41,822 bases of DNA from a virus (Duplodnaviria; Caudoviricetes): positions 1-41,822 of IMG/VR virus record IMGVR_UViG_3300033406_000375. One strand, 5' to 3'. A program made the translations under genes and the position numbers. This document shows positions 32,681 to 40,256 of this stretch, one piece after another. The notes beneath the pieces are model-generated. The model was given only the letters and a program-made list of their open reading frames with translations. It searched no databases and was not told the origin of the DNA. Numbering within the stretch: position 1 is the stretch's first letter; the number at the start of each line of letters is the position of its first letter.

Positions 32681-33388
32681 TCACACCGATATTGCCAAAG
32701 AATCTTCGGAATAAAACTCAACACCAGGAACCTTTACCGCATCATGCGTTGACTTAGCCATTGCGCCGAGCATCTTTTCGTTAGGAAGCATATACTCTCT
32801 TGGAATCAGGTTTACATCAGTAATCCGATACTTCCATACCTGACGAACCGAAGTTCCTTGCGCTTTATGCACCGGCATCTGAATAACTGGGGCAAAGGTT
32901 TGCACTGCTTCGGCCTGTTCAATAAGTTGCTCAGCCTTTTCTTCCTTGCCTTTGTCGATTGCTTTAAGGGCTTGCGCTTCTAACTTCTCGCGCTCTTTCC
33001 GCGCCCGTTCTTCGGCTTCTGCTCTCAGTTTGGCTTGCATCTCTTCGGCTTTGCGGCGTTCTTCCCGGTCAAAGTCCAGAACAGCCTTTTTAATGATGTT
33101 TTCGGCCTTAATAAGATTGTCTAGCGGCTCTTGATAAAGGCTCATAATTTCTTTTTTTGCTGCATCCATCGGCCTGGTGGTATTAAGTCTTTCGTCCTCT
33201 AATCCCTTAGATACGGTTTTGATTTTCTTGGCTAATTCCAGAATGTTAGTCCGTTGATCTGGGCTTGTAACCTTTACCACTTTGGCCTTATTTATAATCT
33301 CAGCCGCTTGGCTTGCCAACGATACCGCATTAGGTGTTAATGCCACCAAAACTTTAACCTCTTTAGCTACTTTTTTATCCTCTGTCAT
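32681..33388 (-). CDS. Coiled-coil protein of the recombination module (Gp157-like C-terminus)
   Basis: Long coiled coil; ITD..LIPREY..P and VPGV motifs. Confidence 0.55.
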   Translation of the reverse strand: MTEDKKVAKEVKVLVALTPNAVSLASQAAEIINKAKVVKVTSPDQRTNILELAKKIKTVSKGLEDERLNTTRPMDAAKKEIMSLYQEPLDNLIKAENIIKKAVLDFDREERRKAEEMQAKLRAEAEERARKEREKLEAQALKAIDKGKEEKAEQLIEQAEAVQTFAPVIQMPVHKAQGTSVRQVWKYRITDVNLIPREYMLPNEKMLGAMAKSTHDAVKVPGVEFYSEDSLAISV

Positions 33389-33971
33389 GTTTGCTCATCC
33401 TCCAGTTATATAAATTTAAGGCACTAAGGAAAACCTGTAAGTCCATTTGGTTACTACACGCAATCAGTTTGTATTTGCCATCTGGAGATAGTTTAACGGC
33501 GTACCGTTTATATTTGGTCTTGCGCTTGTTTTGCTCGTTACTAGCCGCCTCGTATGCGGCTGTTTGCGGACCGACACAAATCAGATCAACTATACTGGCA
33601 GTCTTTATGTCCAACAATGTGTCAACCCCGCCTAGCTTGCCGATCCGGTCAAGCGTCCCGGCGTAACCGTACTTTTTGGAATATACTCTTTGCTCTGCAA
33701 CCTGAGGAACAAAATCACACTCGGCCTTGAACCTTCGCCACGCTTCGATATAACCGTTAATTTGTGTGTCATAGCCACCGAGGTTATCTTCATCATCCAG
33801 CGCAGTTGCCGCGTGAACCTGAGTGCCTAAGTTTGCTTTCCACTCCAAGTCTGCCGGCTTAACCATTGAGAAGTCCGGCGTTAAACCGGAAAACTGGAGT
33901 ATTTGGGTTACTGACGGAATCACTATGCCGTTATCGGTGTATTGGTGAAGTTCTTCGTTAAACTCAAGCAT
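33375..33971 (-). CDS. PD-(D/E)XK exonuclease
   Basis: PSVTQIL, GTQVH, YAGTLD, DIKT, Q.AAY motifs. Confidence 0.8.
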   Translation of the reverse strand: MLEFNEELHQYTDNGIVIPSVTQILQFSGLTPDFSMVKPADLEWKANLGTQVHAATALDDEDNLGGYDTQINGYIEAWRRFKAECDFVPQVAEQRVYSKKYGYAGTLDRIGKLGGVDTLLDIKTASIVDLICVGPQTAAYEAASNEQNKRKTKYKRYAVKLSPDGKYKLIACSNQMDLQVFLSALNLYNWRMSKHDRG

Positions 33972-33972
33972 T

Positions 33973-34764
33973 TTATTTGCTCTGGCAGTTCCGGCAGAGC
34001 TTCACGCCGCCATACTTTTTATTGCACCAGTCAATAACCTTTTCAGCATCAGCCATTGTTTTAGCTATCGGAACTCCGCAACCTTCGCAATTCGGTATAT
34101 TTTCATCCACTACATCTGCCGGAGTTGCGTTTTTAGGCTGTGGCGGCTGTACTTGCTCTTTAGTTGGCGCTACATCTTCACCCATACCCTGATACTCAGG
34201 TGGCATATCTTCAATATCTTGGGTGAATATATCGCTGGCAGCCGTGGAAGTCAGGGTAAGATCAATTTGACTTCTTTTCTTAGCCATTTTTAGGACCGTG
34301 TTGGAAACGTCCGCAATTTCTGTTCTGACTTGTTTAACCTTGTATGATTCACCCATTTTTCTGGTTGCCTTATCCCACTTACCCTTAAACCACTTTTCGC
34401 GCCGTCGGTTTTCCGGTGTCTCTTCCCACTCTTCGTCACATACGGCTTTGCGCCACTTGTATTTTTCTTCATTGGAAGAACATTCGCCAATACCGGTGCC
34501 AACATGGGAACCATCACCGCGATACGTTCCTTCGGTATATACCCTATACCTTGCTTCATCCGGTGTAGACAAGTCCTCGACTACTGGCTTAACCGATACT
34601 TGAAAGGTAGTCAAAAGCACTTCTGAGCCAGCTTTGTATAAGGTAGGTTTTTCGCATCCAGGAATAACCCCGTAGTGCGTACCATCTTTCATGACTTTGC
34701 GCATAACATCCTGTACAATACTTACTTGCGCTCTGATTTCATTGGCTGAAACAAGATTACTCAC
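33973..34764 (-). CDS. Putative single-strand annealing recombinase
   Basis: Next to the exonuclease; NTVLKMAKKR..D, FTQD.ED; C-terminal CxxC..LCxxC ribbon. Confidence 0.5.
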   Translation of the reverse strand: MSNLVSANEIRAQVSIVQDVMRKVMKDGTHYGVIPGCEKPTLYKAGSEVLLTTFQVSVKPVVEDLSTPDEARYRVYTEGTYRGDGSHVGTGIGECSSNEEKYKWRKAVCDEEWEETPENRRREKWFKGKWDKATRKMGESYKVKQVRTEIADVSNTVLKMAKKRSQIDLTLTSTAASDIFTQDIEDMPPEYQGMGEDVAPTKEQVQPPQPKNATPADVVDENIPNCEGCGVPIAKTMADAEKVIDWCNKKYGGVKLCRNCQSK

Positions 34765-34961
34765 TATGCTGCCCCCTTCTTCTTATTCAGTATCAAAGCC
34801 CCTTGCTGGATAAACTCCGCGAAGTCGGCAGCATCCATTACTAATTCAGTTTTGCTATGCTCGGTATTAATCACCGCTACTATGACATTGCCTGTTTTTG
34901 CAATATCTGTTTCGAAAAACTTACTGTCTGTCAGGTCGTGGGTTGTTTCATGTCTTGCCAT
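34764..34961 (-). CDS. Hypothetical protein
   Basis: GGAGGG RBS; coupled to the next gene. Confidence 0.6.
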   Translation of the reverse strand: MARHETTHDLTDSKFFETDIAKTGNVIVAVINTEHSKTELVMDAADFAEFIQQGALILNKKKGAA

Positions 34962-35108
34962 CTACGCCACCCTCCCTATGATATTGTCCTTGCGAATCTG
35001 CCTATTAATCTGGTCTAGCTCCGCAAAGGTTGTTGCGATTATTGACGCCCAATATATCTTGTTGAAGTAATACTGTGACAGTGGATTTTTGTGTGTTACT
35101 CTTAACAT
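34962..35108 (-). CDS. 48-aa hypothetical protein (not in ORF track)
   Basis: GGAGGG RBS; MLRVTHKNPLSQYYFNK...; fills the intergenic gap exactly. Confidence 0.55.
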   Translation of the reverse strand: MLRVTHKNPLSQYYFNKIYWASIIATTFAELDQINRQIRKDNIIGRVA

Positions 35109-35449
35109 CTAAATCCCTCCGATTGACTGCTACTGTCTAGCGTGGTAGAATAACAGTAAGATAATTTTTCGTTAAGTCCGGTTGCCGCCGGGCTTTTTTC
35201 TTTTGTCGCCAGTTCAATGGCGGCAATTCTTTTTTGGTACAGATCCGGCTTGTTGTAGACCTGCGCCATAGCGTGTACCGCTTCAATCTTGGGAAGAACC
35301 TCGCCCCGTTCCCATTTACTCAGCGAGTCAGGGGATGCGACACTTTCTTTCTTTACGCAAATACTGTTAATTTTCATGGCCGCCTGAATGTGCGTCCATC
35401 CTTTTGTTTTTCGGGCCTTGTATAGTTCCTCGCCAAAGTCGTAAAACAT
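35102..35449 (-). CDS. XRE-family HTH regulator
   Basis: LYKAR..KGWT..AA, LSKWERGE..P motifs. Confidence 0.8.
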   Translation of the reverse strand: MFYDFGEELYKARKTKGWTHIQAAMKINSICVKKESVASPDSLSKWERGEVLPKIEAVHAMAQVYNKPDLYQKRIAAIELATKEKSPAATGLNEKLSYCYSTTLDSSSQSEGFRC

Positions 35450-35550
35450 TACATGTTCACCACCTTTAATTGATATACAATAAACTCAGAAATAGGGAAC
35501 CAACCCACACCCACACTTTTGATTCAGCCTGCTAAAAGCAGGCTACTTCT

Positions 35551-36036
35551 TTAATCAATTTTATTTATTCTTGCAAATTCCCCGTAATGTTTTAATGCTG
35601 ATTCGTTGTAATTTTTCGCAGCTTCTTGCGCTGTAGAGAACGTACCTAAATAACTTAATTTATCTCCAATTTTAATTCGCGCATAAAACCTATTGTATCT
35701 TTTATCTAGGTATACACCTTTATAACCTGTGGTGTTTTTGTTAGTTATCCCTATGTTGCATCTATTTTCAGAAAAGCTTGCTACCCTTAAATTATTTCGG
35801 CTGTTGTTTAGTTTGTTTGTATCAATGTGATCGCCTAATGTTCTAGTTCCATCGATACCGAGAATTAATTTGTGCATATATTGCTTTCTTCTTATACCGT
35901 TTTCTCTAACATTCCTAACCGCATAATATCCATCGGTGTGGTGCTTCTGCGCGTGCCATTTAAATTTATTTAGCCATTCATAATCTTCGTCATCAACAAT
36001 TGCAATTTGCCCGCAGGTTAAAACAATGTGTTTCAT
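35551..36036 (-). CDS. HNH-AP2 homing-type endonuclease
   Basis: AIVDDEDY, MHKLI, DHIDTNKLNN..NLR, TGYKGV, YLGTF..EAA..Y..HYGEFA motifs. Confidence 0.88.
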   Translation of the reverse strand: MKHIVLTCGQIAIVDDEDYEWLNKFKWHAQKHHTDGYYAVRNVRENGIRRKQYMHKLILGIDGTRTLGDHIDTNKLNNSRNNLRVASFSENRCNIGITNKNTTGYKGVYLDKRYNRFYARIKIGDKLSYLGTFSTAQEAAKNYNESALKHYGEFARINKID

Positions 36037-36062
36037 TTTTCTAGTCTTACCTCCCGGTGTGG

Positions 36063-36227
36063 CTAATTTTTTAAAATATTGGCGGCATCTGCAAAGGCTT
36101 TGAAAAACAACGCCACCGACAACCAGAACGCCGCTTTTCCTATAGCTACCACCCACCACGGCATCTTTCCGTCTTGCGCCGCCTGCCGCGCCGTAATTAT
36201 CTGAGGCTCAATCTTTTGCGCTTGCAC
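36063..36227 (-). CDS. 54-aa membrane peptide (not in ORF track)
   Basis: GGAGGG RBS plus GTG; PWWVVAIGKAAFWLSVALFF. Confidence 0.55.
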   Translation of the reverse strand: MQAQKIEPQIITARQAAQDGKMPWWVVAIGKAAFWLSVALFFKAFADAANILKN

Positions 36228-36237
36228 CCTATCCCTC

Positions 36238-36420
36238 CTAACTTGCGAATCTTTCGGCTAACTCTCTGACCTTGCGCATCTTCGGGCTTACAGGCTTGGC
36301 CTTTCCCGGCCTATAGCAATCATAGCCACCATGACACACAGGGCCTTTGACTTTGCCGTCAATAATCAGCCAATCGTATGTAGTCGGCTCCCTTCCGCAG
36401 ATTAAACACTTCATTGTCAC
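36238..36420 (-). CDS. Small zinc-binding hypothetical protein
   Basis: CLICG..VCH..DC. Confidence 0.55.
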   Translation of the reverse strand: MTMKCLICGREPTTYDWLIIDGKVKGPVCHGGYDCYRPGKAKPVSPKMRKVRELAERFAS

Positions 36421-36456
36421 ACCGCCTGTCCTACATCATTCCAGCCGGAAAACCGG

Positions 36457-36684
36457 CTATTCGAGTAAACCAGCCTCGCATTCGGCATTGACCTGCAGCT
36501 TTTCCTTGGTAGTCAATGTGTCCCAGCAAGCCCATGCCGCTGGCATAACCTCTTCGCGAAATCTCCGCAGGCTTTCTTCCTTCGTTATCTGCGGCGCGAC
36601 AACGTGCACTACACTTTTACCAAATTTGCCGCCTTTGTAGGTTGCGGCGTATTCCTGCGACTCTACCTTTTTGGCTGTACTCAT
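36457..36684 (-). CDS. Hypothetical protein
   Basis: GGAGGGG RBS; VHVVAP..TKEE. Confidence 0.65.
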   Translation of the reverse strand: MSTAKKVESQEYAATYKGGKFGKSVVHVVAPQITKEESLRRFREEVMPAAWACWDTLTTKEKLQVNAECEAGLLE

Positions 36685-36759
36685 TCTCACCCCTCCCCTT
36701 TAACAATGTATGCTGCCGTAGATTGTCTGCTTGACTGATCTGATTTTTCATATGGTTAG

Positions 36760-37476
36760 TTATGCTGGCAAATTAATTACATTATCTTTAGTTAGCAACC
36801 GCCGAATATAATCAAGACCCTTTTGATATACTAAGGTTTTGATATTTATGCATATATCACCATTTGGTTTATTGTATTTCTGCTCAAGAACTCGGAAATA
36901 ACCTCTGTCCACATACTCTTGATACGGCTGATTGTTATTCATAAGTATTTTTCTGTTACGAAGTTCTTGAAAGAGTTTGTTTCTGCCAACCCCAGGAATG
37001 TTTAGAACCTTGGCAGCCTCGCCAATTTCAATAGCATCTTTTGAGCCAGTTACTGCATCGTAGAATTCTACTTTCGGTTTTGCTGCCTCTAGCTGCTTAA
37101 CGGCTTGTTCTTTTTCCTCGATAGCCTGAGCCGCTAGTCTTAATGCTTCTGGCAATGTTTGTGGAACACGAAATGCTAGTTTAAACTGCTTCTCAACTTC
37201 AACAAAATAGCTTCTAGCCTGTTTGCCGCGTTCGGATCGTGACAACATGCATAAGTGCTTCGCAAAATCGATTGTAAGCCTGTACTCCTTGGTTTCATTA
37301 CCGTTAGCCACTATGGCGAACCCCAACCAATCAATACTTTCTTGATAAAATTCATTTTGTTCGATGTTAGTTTTAGTCCATCTTGAATAATGAGACTTAT
37401 CATCAGGACTTAAAAACTCGTACAATTCTCTGGCAGTAATCTTGCCGTTTTCATCAACTCTGATTAACTCGTTCAT
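36760..37476 (-). CDS. Phage antirepressor (AntA/AntB plus KilA-C)
   Basis: ARELYEFL, AKHL.M, PQTLPEALRLAA, KPKVEFYD, GRNKLF motifs. Confidence 0.88.
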   Translation of the reverse strand: MNELIRVDENGKITARELYEFLSPDDKSHYSRWTKTNIEQNEFYQESIDWLGFAIVANGNETKEYRLTIDFAKHLCMLSRSERGKQARSYFVEVEKQFKLAFRVPQTLPEALRLAAQAIEEKEQAVKQLEAAKPKVEFYDAVTGSKDAIEIGEAAKVLNIPGVGRNKLFQELRNRKILMNNNQPYQEYVDRGYFRVLEQKYNKPNGDICINIKTLVYQKGLDYIRRLLTKDNVINLPA

Positions 37477-37718
37477 GCCGCACCGCCTTTTTGATTGCTT
37501 TTGTAATCAAGTTCGACAAAAAAAATGTCGTCAAACTCACATTCAAGCGATGATATAATTTTTTGAGCAATAGGAGCACTAACATTTCTTTTGCCATTAA
37601 TTAAATGATTTATAGTAGTATCCGAAACAATAGATTTTTTAGCTAGTGAACGCTGTGTAAAGCCTTTTTTTAACATTATAACCTTGAGTTTTTCAGGATC
37701 TTTAAGTATTATTTGCAT
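37473..37718 (-). CDS. Cro-like HTH repressor
   Basis: AAGGAGG RBS; GFTQRSLA..TINHLING..DDIF; divergent from CI. Confidence 0.8.
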   Translation of the reverse strand: MQIILKDPEKLKVIMLKKGFTQRSLAKKSIVSDTTINHLINGKRNVSAPIAQKIISSLECEFDDIFFVELDYKSNQKGGAA

Positions 37719-37795
37719 ACATTCCACCTCCTTGATTACAAAAGTAATCATGTTCTTGCACTTATAATAGCATGTCCTGATTACTTTTGCAAGCA
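37492..37795. promoter_or_regulatory. Three 18-bp palindromic operators, TGATTRC-N4-GYAAKCA
   Basis: 37492-37509, 37733-37750 and 37778-37795; half-site at 37852. Confidence 0.75.
37764..37792 (-). promoter_or_regulatory. Lytic (cro) promoter
   Basis: TTGCAA-17-TATTAT with an extended TG; the -35 lies within an operator. Confidence 0.7.
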
Positions 37796-37811
37796 CTTTA
37801 TTATTATTTTT

Positions 37812-37840
37812 TTTACATTTTCCTTATAATTCTTTATAAT
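37812..37840 (+). promoter_or_regulatory. Lysogenic (cI) promoter
   Basis: TTTACA-17-TATAAT. Confidence 0.7.
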
Positions 37841-37860
37841 AAAAAAAGAGGTGATTACAA

Positions 37861-38805
37861 TTGACAGCGGAAGAATTTGGTAAATATCTTAAAGAATTAA
37901 GAACTGAGAGAGAATTAACAACAAGGCAACTTGAGTTACAATCAGGTGTATCAAACTCGTATATATCCCAACTTGAAAATGGTAAACGCGGAATGCCAAC
38001 ACCAAATATATTAAAAAAACTTGCACCTGCTCTCAAAGTATCCTATGAAAAACTCATGCTGAAGGCTGGTTATTTACCTTTAGATAAAAAAATTGAAATG
38101 TTAACCCCTGAGCAATATGAAGGATTAATTGAAGCTCTTGTAAAAACATCTTATCCATACGCTGTTAGCAGTCACTTTCCCTCTGCCACTACAGAAGAAA
38201 CACATCGTAATTTTTATAACACAATACTAAAAAAAACACCTGGCACTAAATTGTCACCCGAACAATATACCCTCATAAAATCGCATATAGATGGCATTGA
38301 TATTATTAACGAAGAAGAAATTGCAGTACATTCAAAGTTGCAGTTACCGGCAGCCACAATAAAAAGCGATCCACCTATTCCGTCAAATGCTATTTTAATT
38401 CCCGAACACCAACATGTAATCAAACTCCCCATATTTGGTGAAGTTCGCGCTGGGGTTGGTGGTTATGCTTTGCAGGAGTATTTAGGCGAAGAAGAATGGA
38501 TAGTATCTAACGGAGATTGCAAAAATTGCTATATGCTTAAAGTTAAAGGTGATAGCATGACGCCGCGTTTTCTTCCATGCGACTACGCTATTGTTCGTCC
38601 ACAAAATGATGTAGATAGCGGCGAAGTAGCTATTGTTATAGTAGACGGCGATGAGGGTATTATAAAGCGCATAAAAAAAGTGCCTGATGGCCTCATATTG
38701 AAATCAGATAACAGTTTATATGATGATAGAGAATTTTATAAAGAAGAAACAAGTAGAGTAAAAATAGTCGGCAAAGTAATCGGAATAAAACCAGGACGCA
38801 TTTGA
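37861..38805 (+). CDS. CI-like repressor (XRE HTH plus S24 peptidase)
   Basis: HTH YISQLENGKR; VRAG cleavage site; GDSM serine; IKR lysine. Confidence 0.92.
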   Translation: MTAEEFGKYLKELRTERELTTRQLELQSGVSNSYISQLENGKRGMPTPNILKKLAPALKVSYEKLMLKAGYLPLDKKIEMLTPEQYEGLIEALVKTSYPYAVSSHFPSATTEETHRNFYNTILKKTPGTKLSPEQYTLIKSHIDGIDIINEEEIAVHSKLQLPAATIKSDPPIPSNAILIPEHQHVIKLPIFGEVRAGVGGYALQEYLGEEEWIVSNGDCKNCYMLKVKGDSMTPRFLPCDYAIVRPQNDVDSGEVAIVIVDGDEGIIKRIKKVPDGLILKSDNSLYDDREFYKEETSRVKIVGKVIGIKPGRI

Positions 38806-38869
38806 TATTAAGCAAAAGACACAGCAAATGGACAAGCTGTGTCTTTATATTTAAAAAGGAGTGGTCTTT

Positions 38870-39322
38870 TTGAAAAAACAATGTTTTATTTTTGCATTAA
38901 TACTTATCGTTAATTTTTGTATGTCTGGCTTGGCTTTTGCATCAGAAGAAAATAATAGATGGATAAAGGTTGTTGGTAACGATAAAATTATAACCTATCT
39001 CGATTCAAAATCAGTAACGAAACACAACAATAGCAACTTAGTATCATGTTGGATAAAAATAACGTCAACTGAAAAATACAAAGAAAATTTTTCTCAGGAT
39101 ATTATTAATACTGTTCCTAAATTAAAAAATACTAATCCATCCAGTATACTTGAATACGTTAAATTTGATATTGCAAATTCAAAGTATAAAATCTTCGAAG
39201 AAGTTATTTATTCTGATAGCAAAGAGCTTAACAGGGCTACGATAAGCGATTCATGGGAAAGCGTTATTCCCGAAGAAGAACCAATGGATTCTGTTTTTCA
39301 ATATTTAAAGAATTGTTACTAG
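38870..39322 (+). CDS. Exported surface-adhesin-E-like protein
   Basis: Signal peptide ending AFA; RW..V..YLD..SV..WIK..W..V.P pattern. Confidence 0.55.
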   Translation: MKKQCFIFALILIVNFCMSGLAFASEENNRWIKVVGNDKIITYLDSKSVTKHNNSNLVSCWIKITSTEKYKENFSQDIINTVPKLKNTNPSSILEYVKFDIANSKYKIFEEVIYSDSKELNRATISDSWESVIPEEEPMDSVFQYLKNCY

Positions 39323-39332
39323 GAGGATCCCG

Positions 39333-39776
39333 ATGAAAAAAATATTATATGTTTTCATATTAATCGCATTTGTATTTATTTTTGCCGGCTGTTCATCAAA
39401 CCAAAGCACTCTTCACTCAATGTCTAAAGGCAGTAAAGAACCTATTGACTTTCGCAACGGCGGCGATATTACCGCAATAAAACACGGCGATTCTGTGATT
39501 GTTAGTGGACAAGTAATTTTAGGTAGCGGGAAAAAATCTGGCCGTGACATAGTAAGCGATTTTGGAAGCTTCGACTCTGTTCCCATAACTATACAAGATA
39601 AAAACGGCAACGAATGGAAAGCAGTTTTATATGATCCCGTAGAAAAAAGCTTGATAGATAAAACAATAACAATAAAAGGTGTTGCGGATGCAAATGCAAC
39701 CGATCCGGCTATTGATTCAAGAAATAACGCTCGCGGCCCTAAAGCCGCAATAGTGAAAGCTGAGATTATAAAATAA
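39333..39776 (+). CDS. Lipoprotein, possibly OB-fold
   Basis: MKK start, hydrophobic stretch, FAGC lipobox. Confidence 0.75.
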   Translation: MKKILYVFILIAFVFIFAGCSSNQSTLHSMSKGSKEPIDFRNGGDITAIKHGDSVIVSGQVILGSGKKSGRDIVSDFGSFDSVPITIQDKNGNEWKAVLYDPVEKSLIDKTITIKGVADANATDPAIDSRNNARGPKAAIVKAEIIK

Positions 39777-39822
39777 TCCGGGAAACTATATATTATATTT
39801 AACTCCTAAGGAGGGGCGTATT

Positions 39823-40191
39823 TTGTTAGGTAACTTATTTTACTCCTTGCTCAAGTCGTGGAAACTAAAAAAACTGCTTAACAAGTACAGAGATGTATCA
39901 CCAGTTAGTAATGCAGATGCAATTATTTATGATATTTATAATTTTTGCTTATCAGATAAGAGGTTAAGAAAGATTATCATCTATAGCAAAGCGAGTATCG
40001 ATGATTTTTCTATAATATATTATGCACTGCTAGCCAGCGGAGCAGGTCAATGGAGTAGAGACGGACATTTTGTTCCGATTTCGGCCTTTGCGTTTGAGGC
40101 GCCGCTTAGTTATTTGTTAGCAAACGCAGAATCTGCGCACACACAAAAAACAGCAATCGATATGCTGGAGTACTTTGGTGTAGATATATAA
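39823..40191 (+). CDS. Hypothetical protein in the lysogeny operon
   Basis: AAGGAGG RBS plus TTG; GAGQW..GHFVP. Confidence 0.7.
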   Translation: MLGNLFYSLLKSWKLKKLLNKYRDVSPVSNADAIIYDIYNFCLSDKRLRKIIIYSKASIDDFSIIYYALLASGAGQWSRDGHFVPISAFAFEAPLSYLLANAESAHTQKTAIDMLEYFGVDI

Positions 40192-40256
40192 AACCGCATA
40201 AATAAACGCTTGTCCCTTGTAAAGTTTGTAAACCATAAAATCAGGGGTGACACACT

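Noticed and set aside
33375-33971. Cas4 as part of a CRISPR system
   Set aside because: No four-Cys cluster pattern and no array; the context is a phage recombination module
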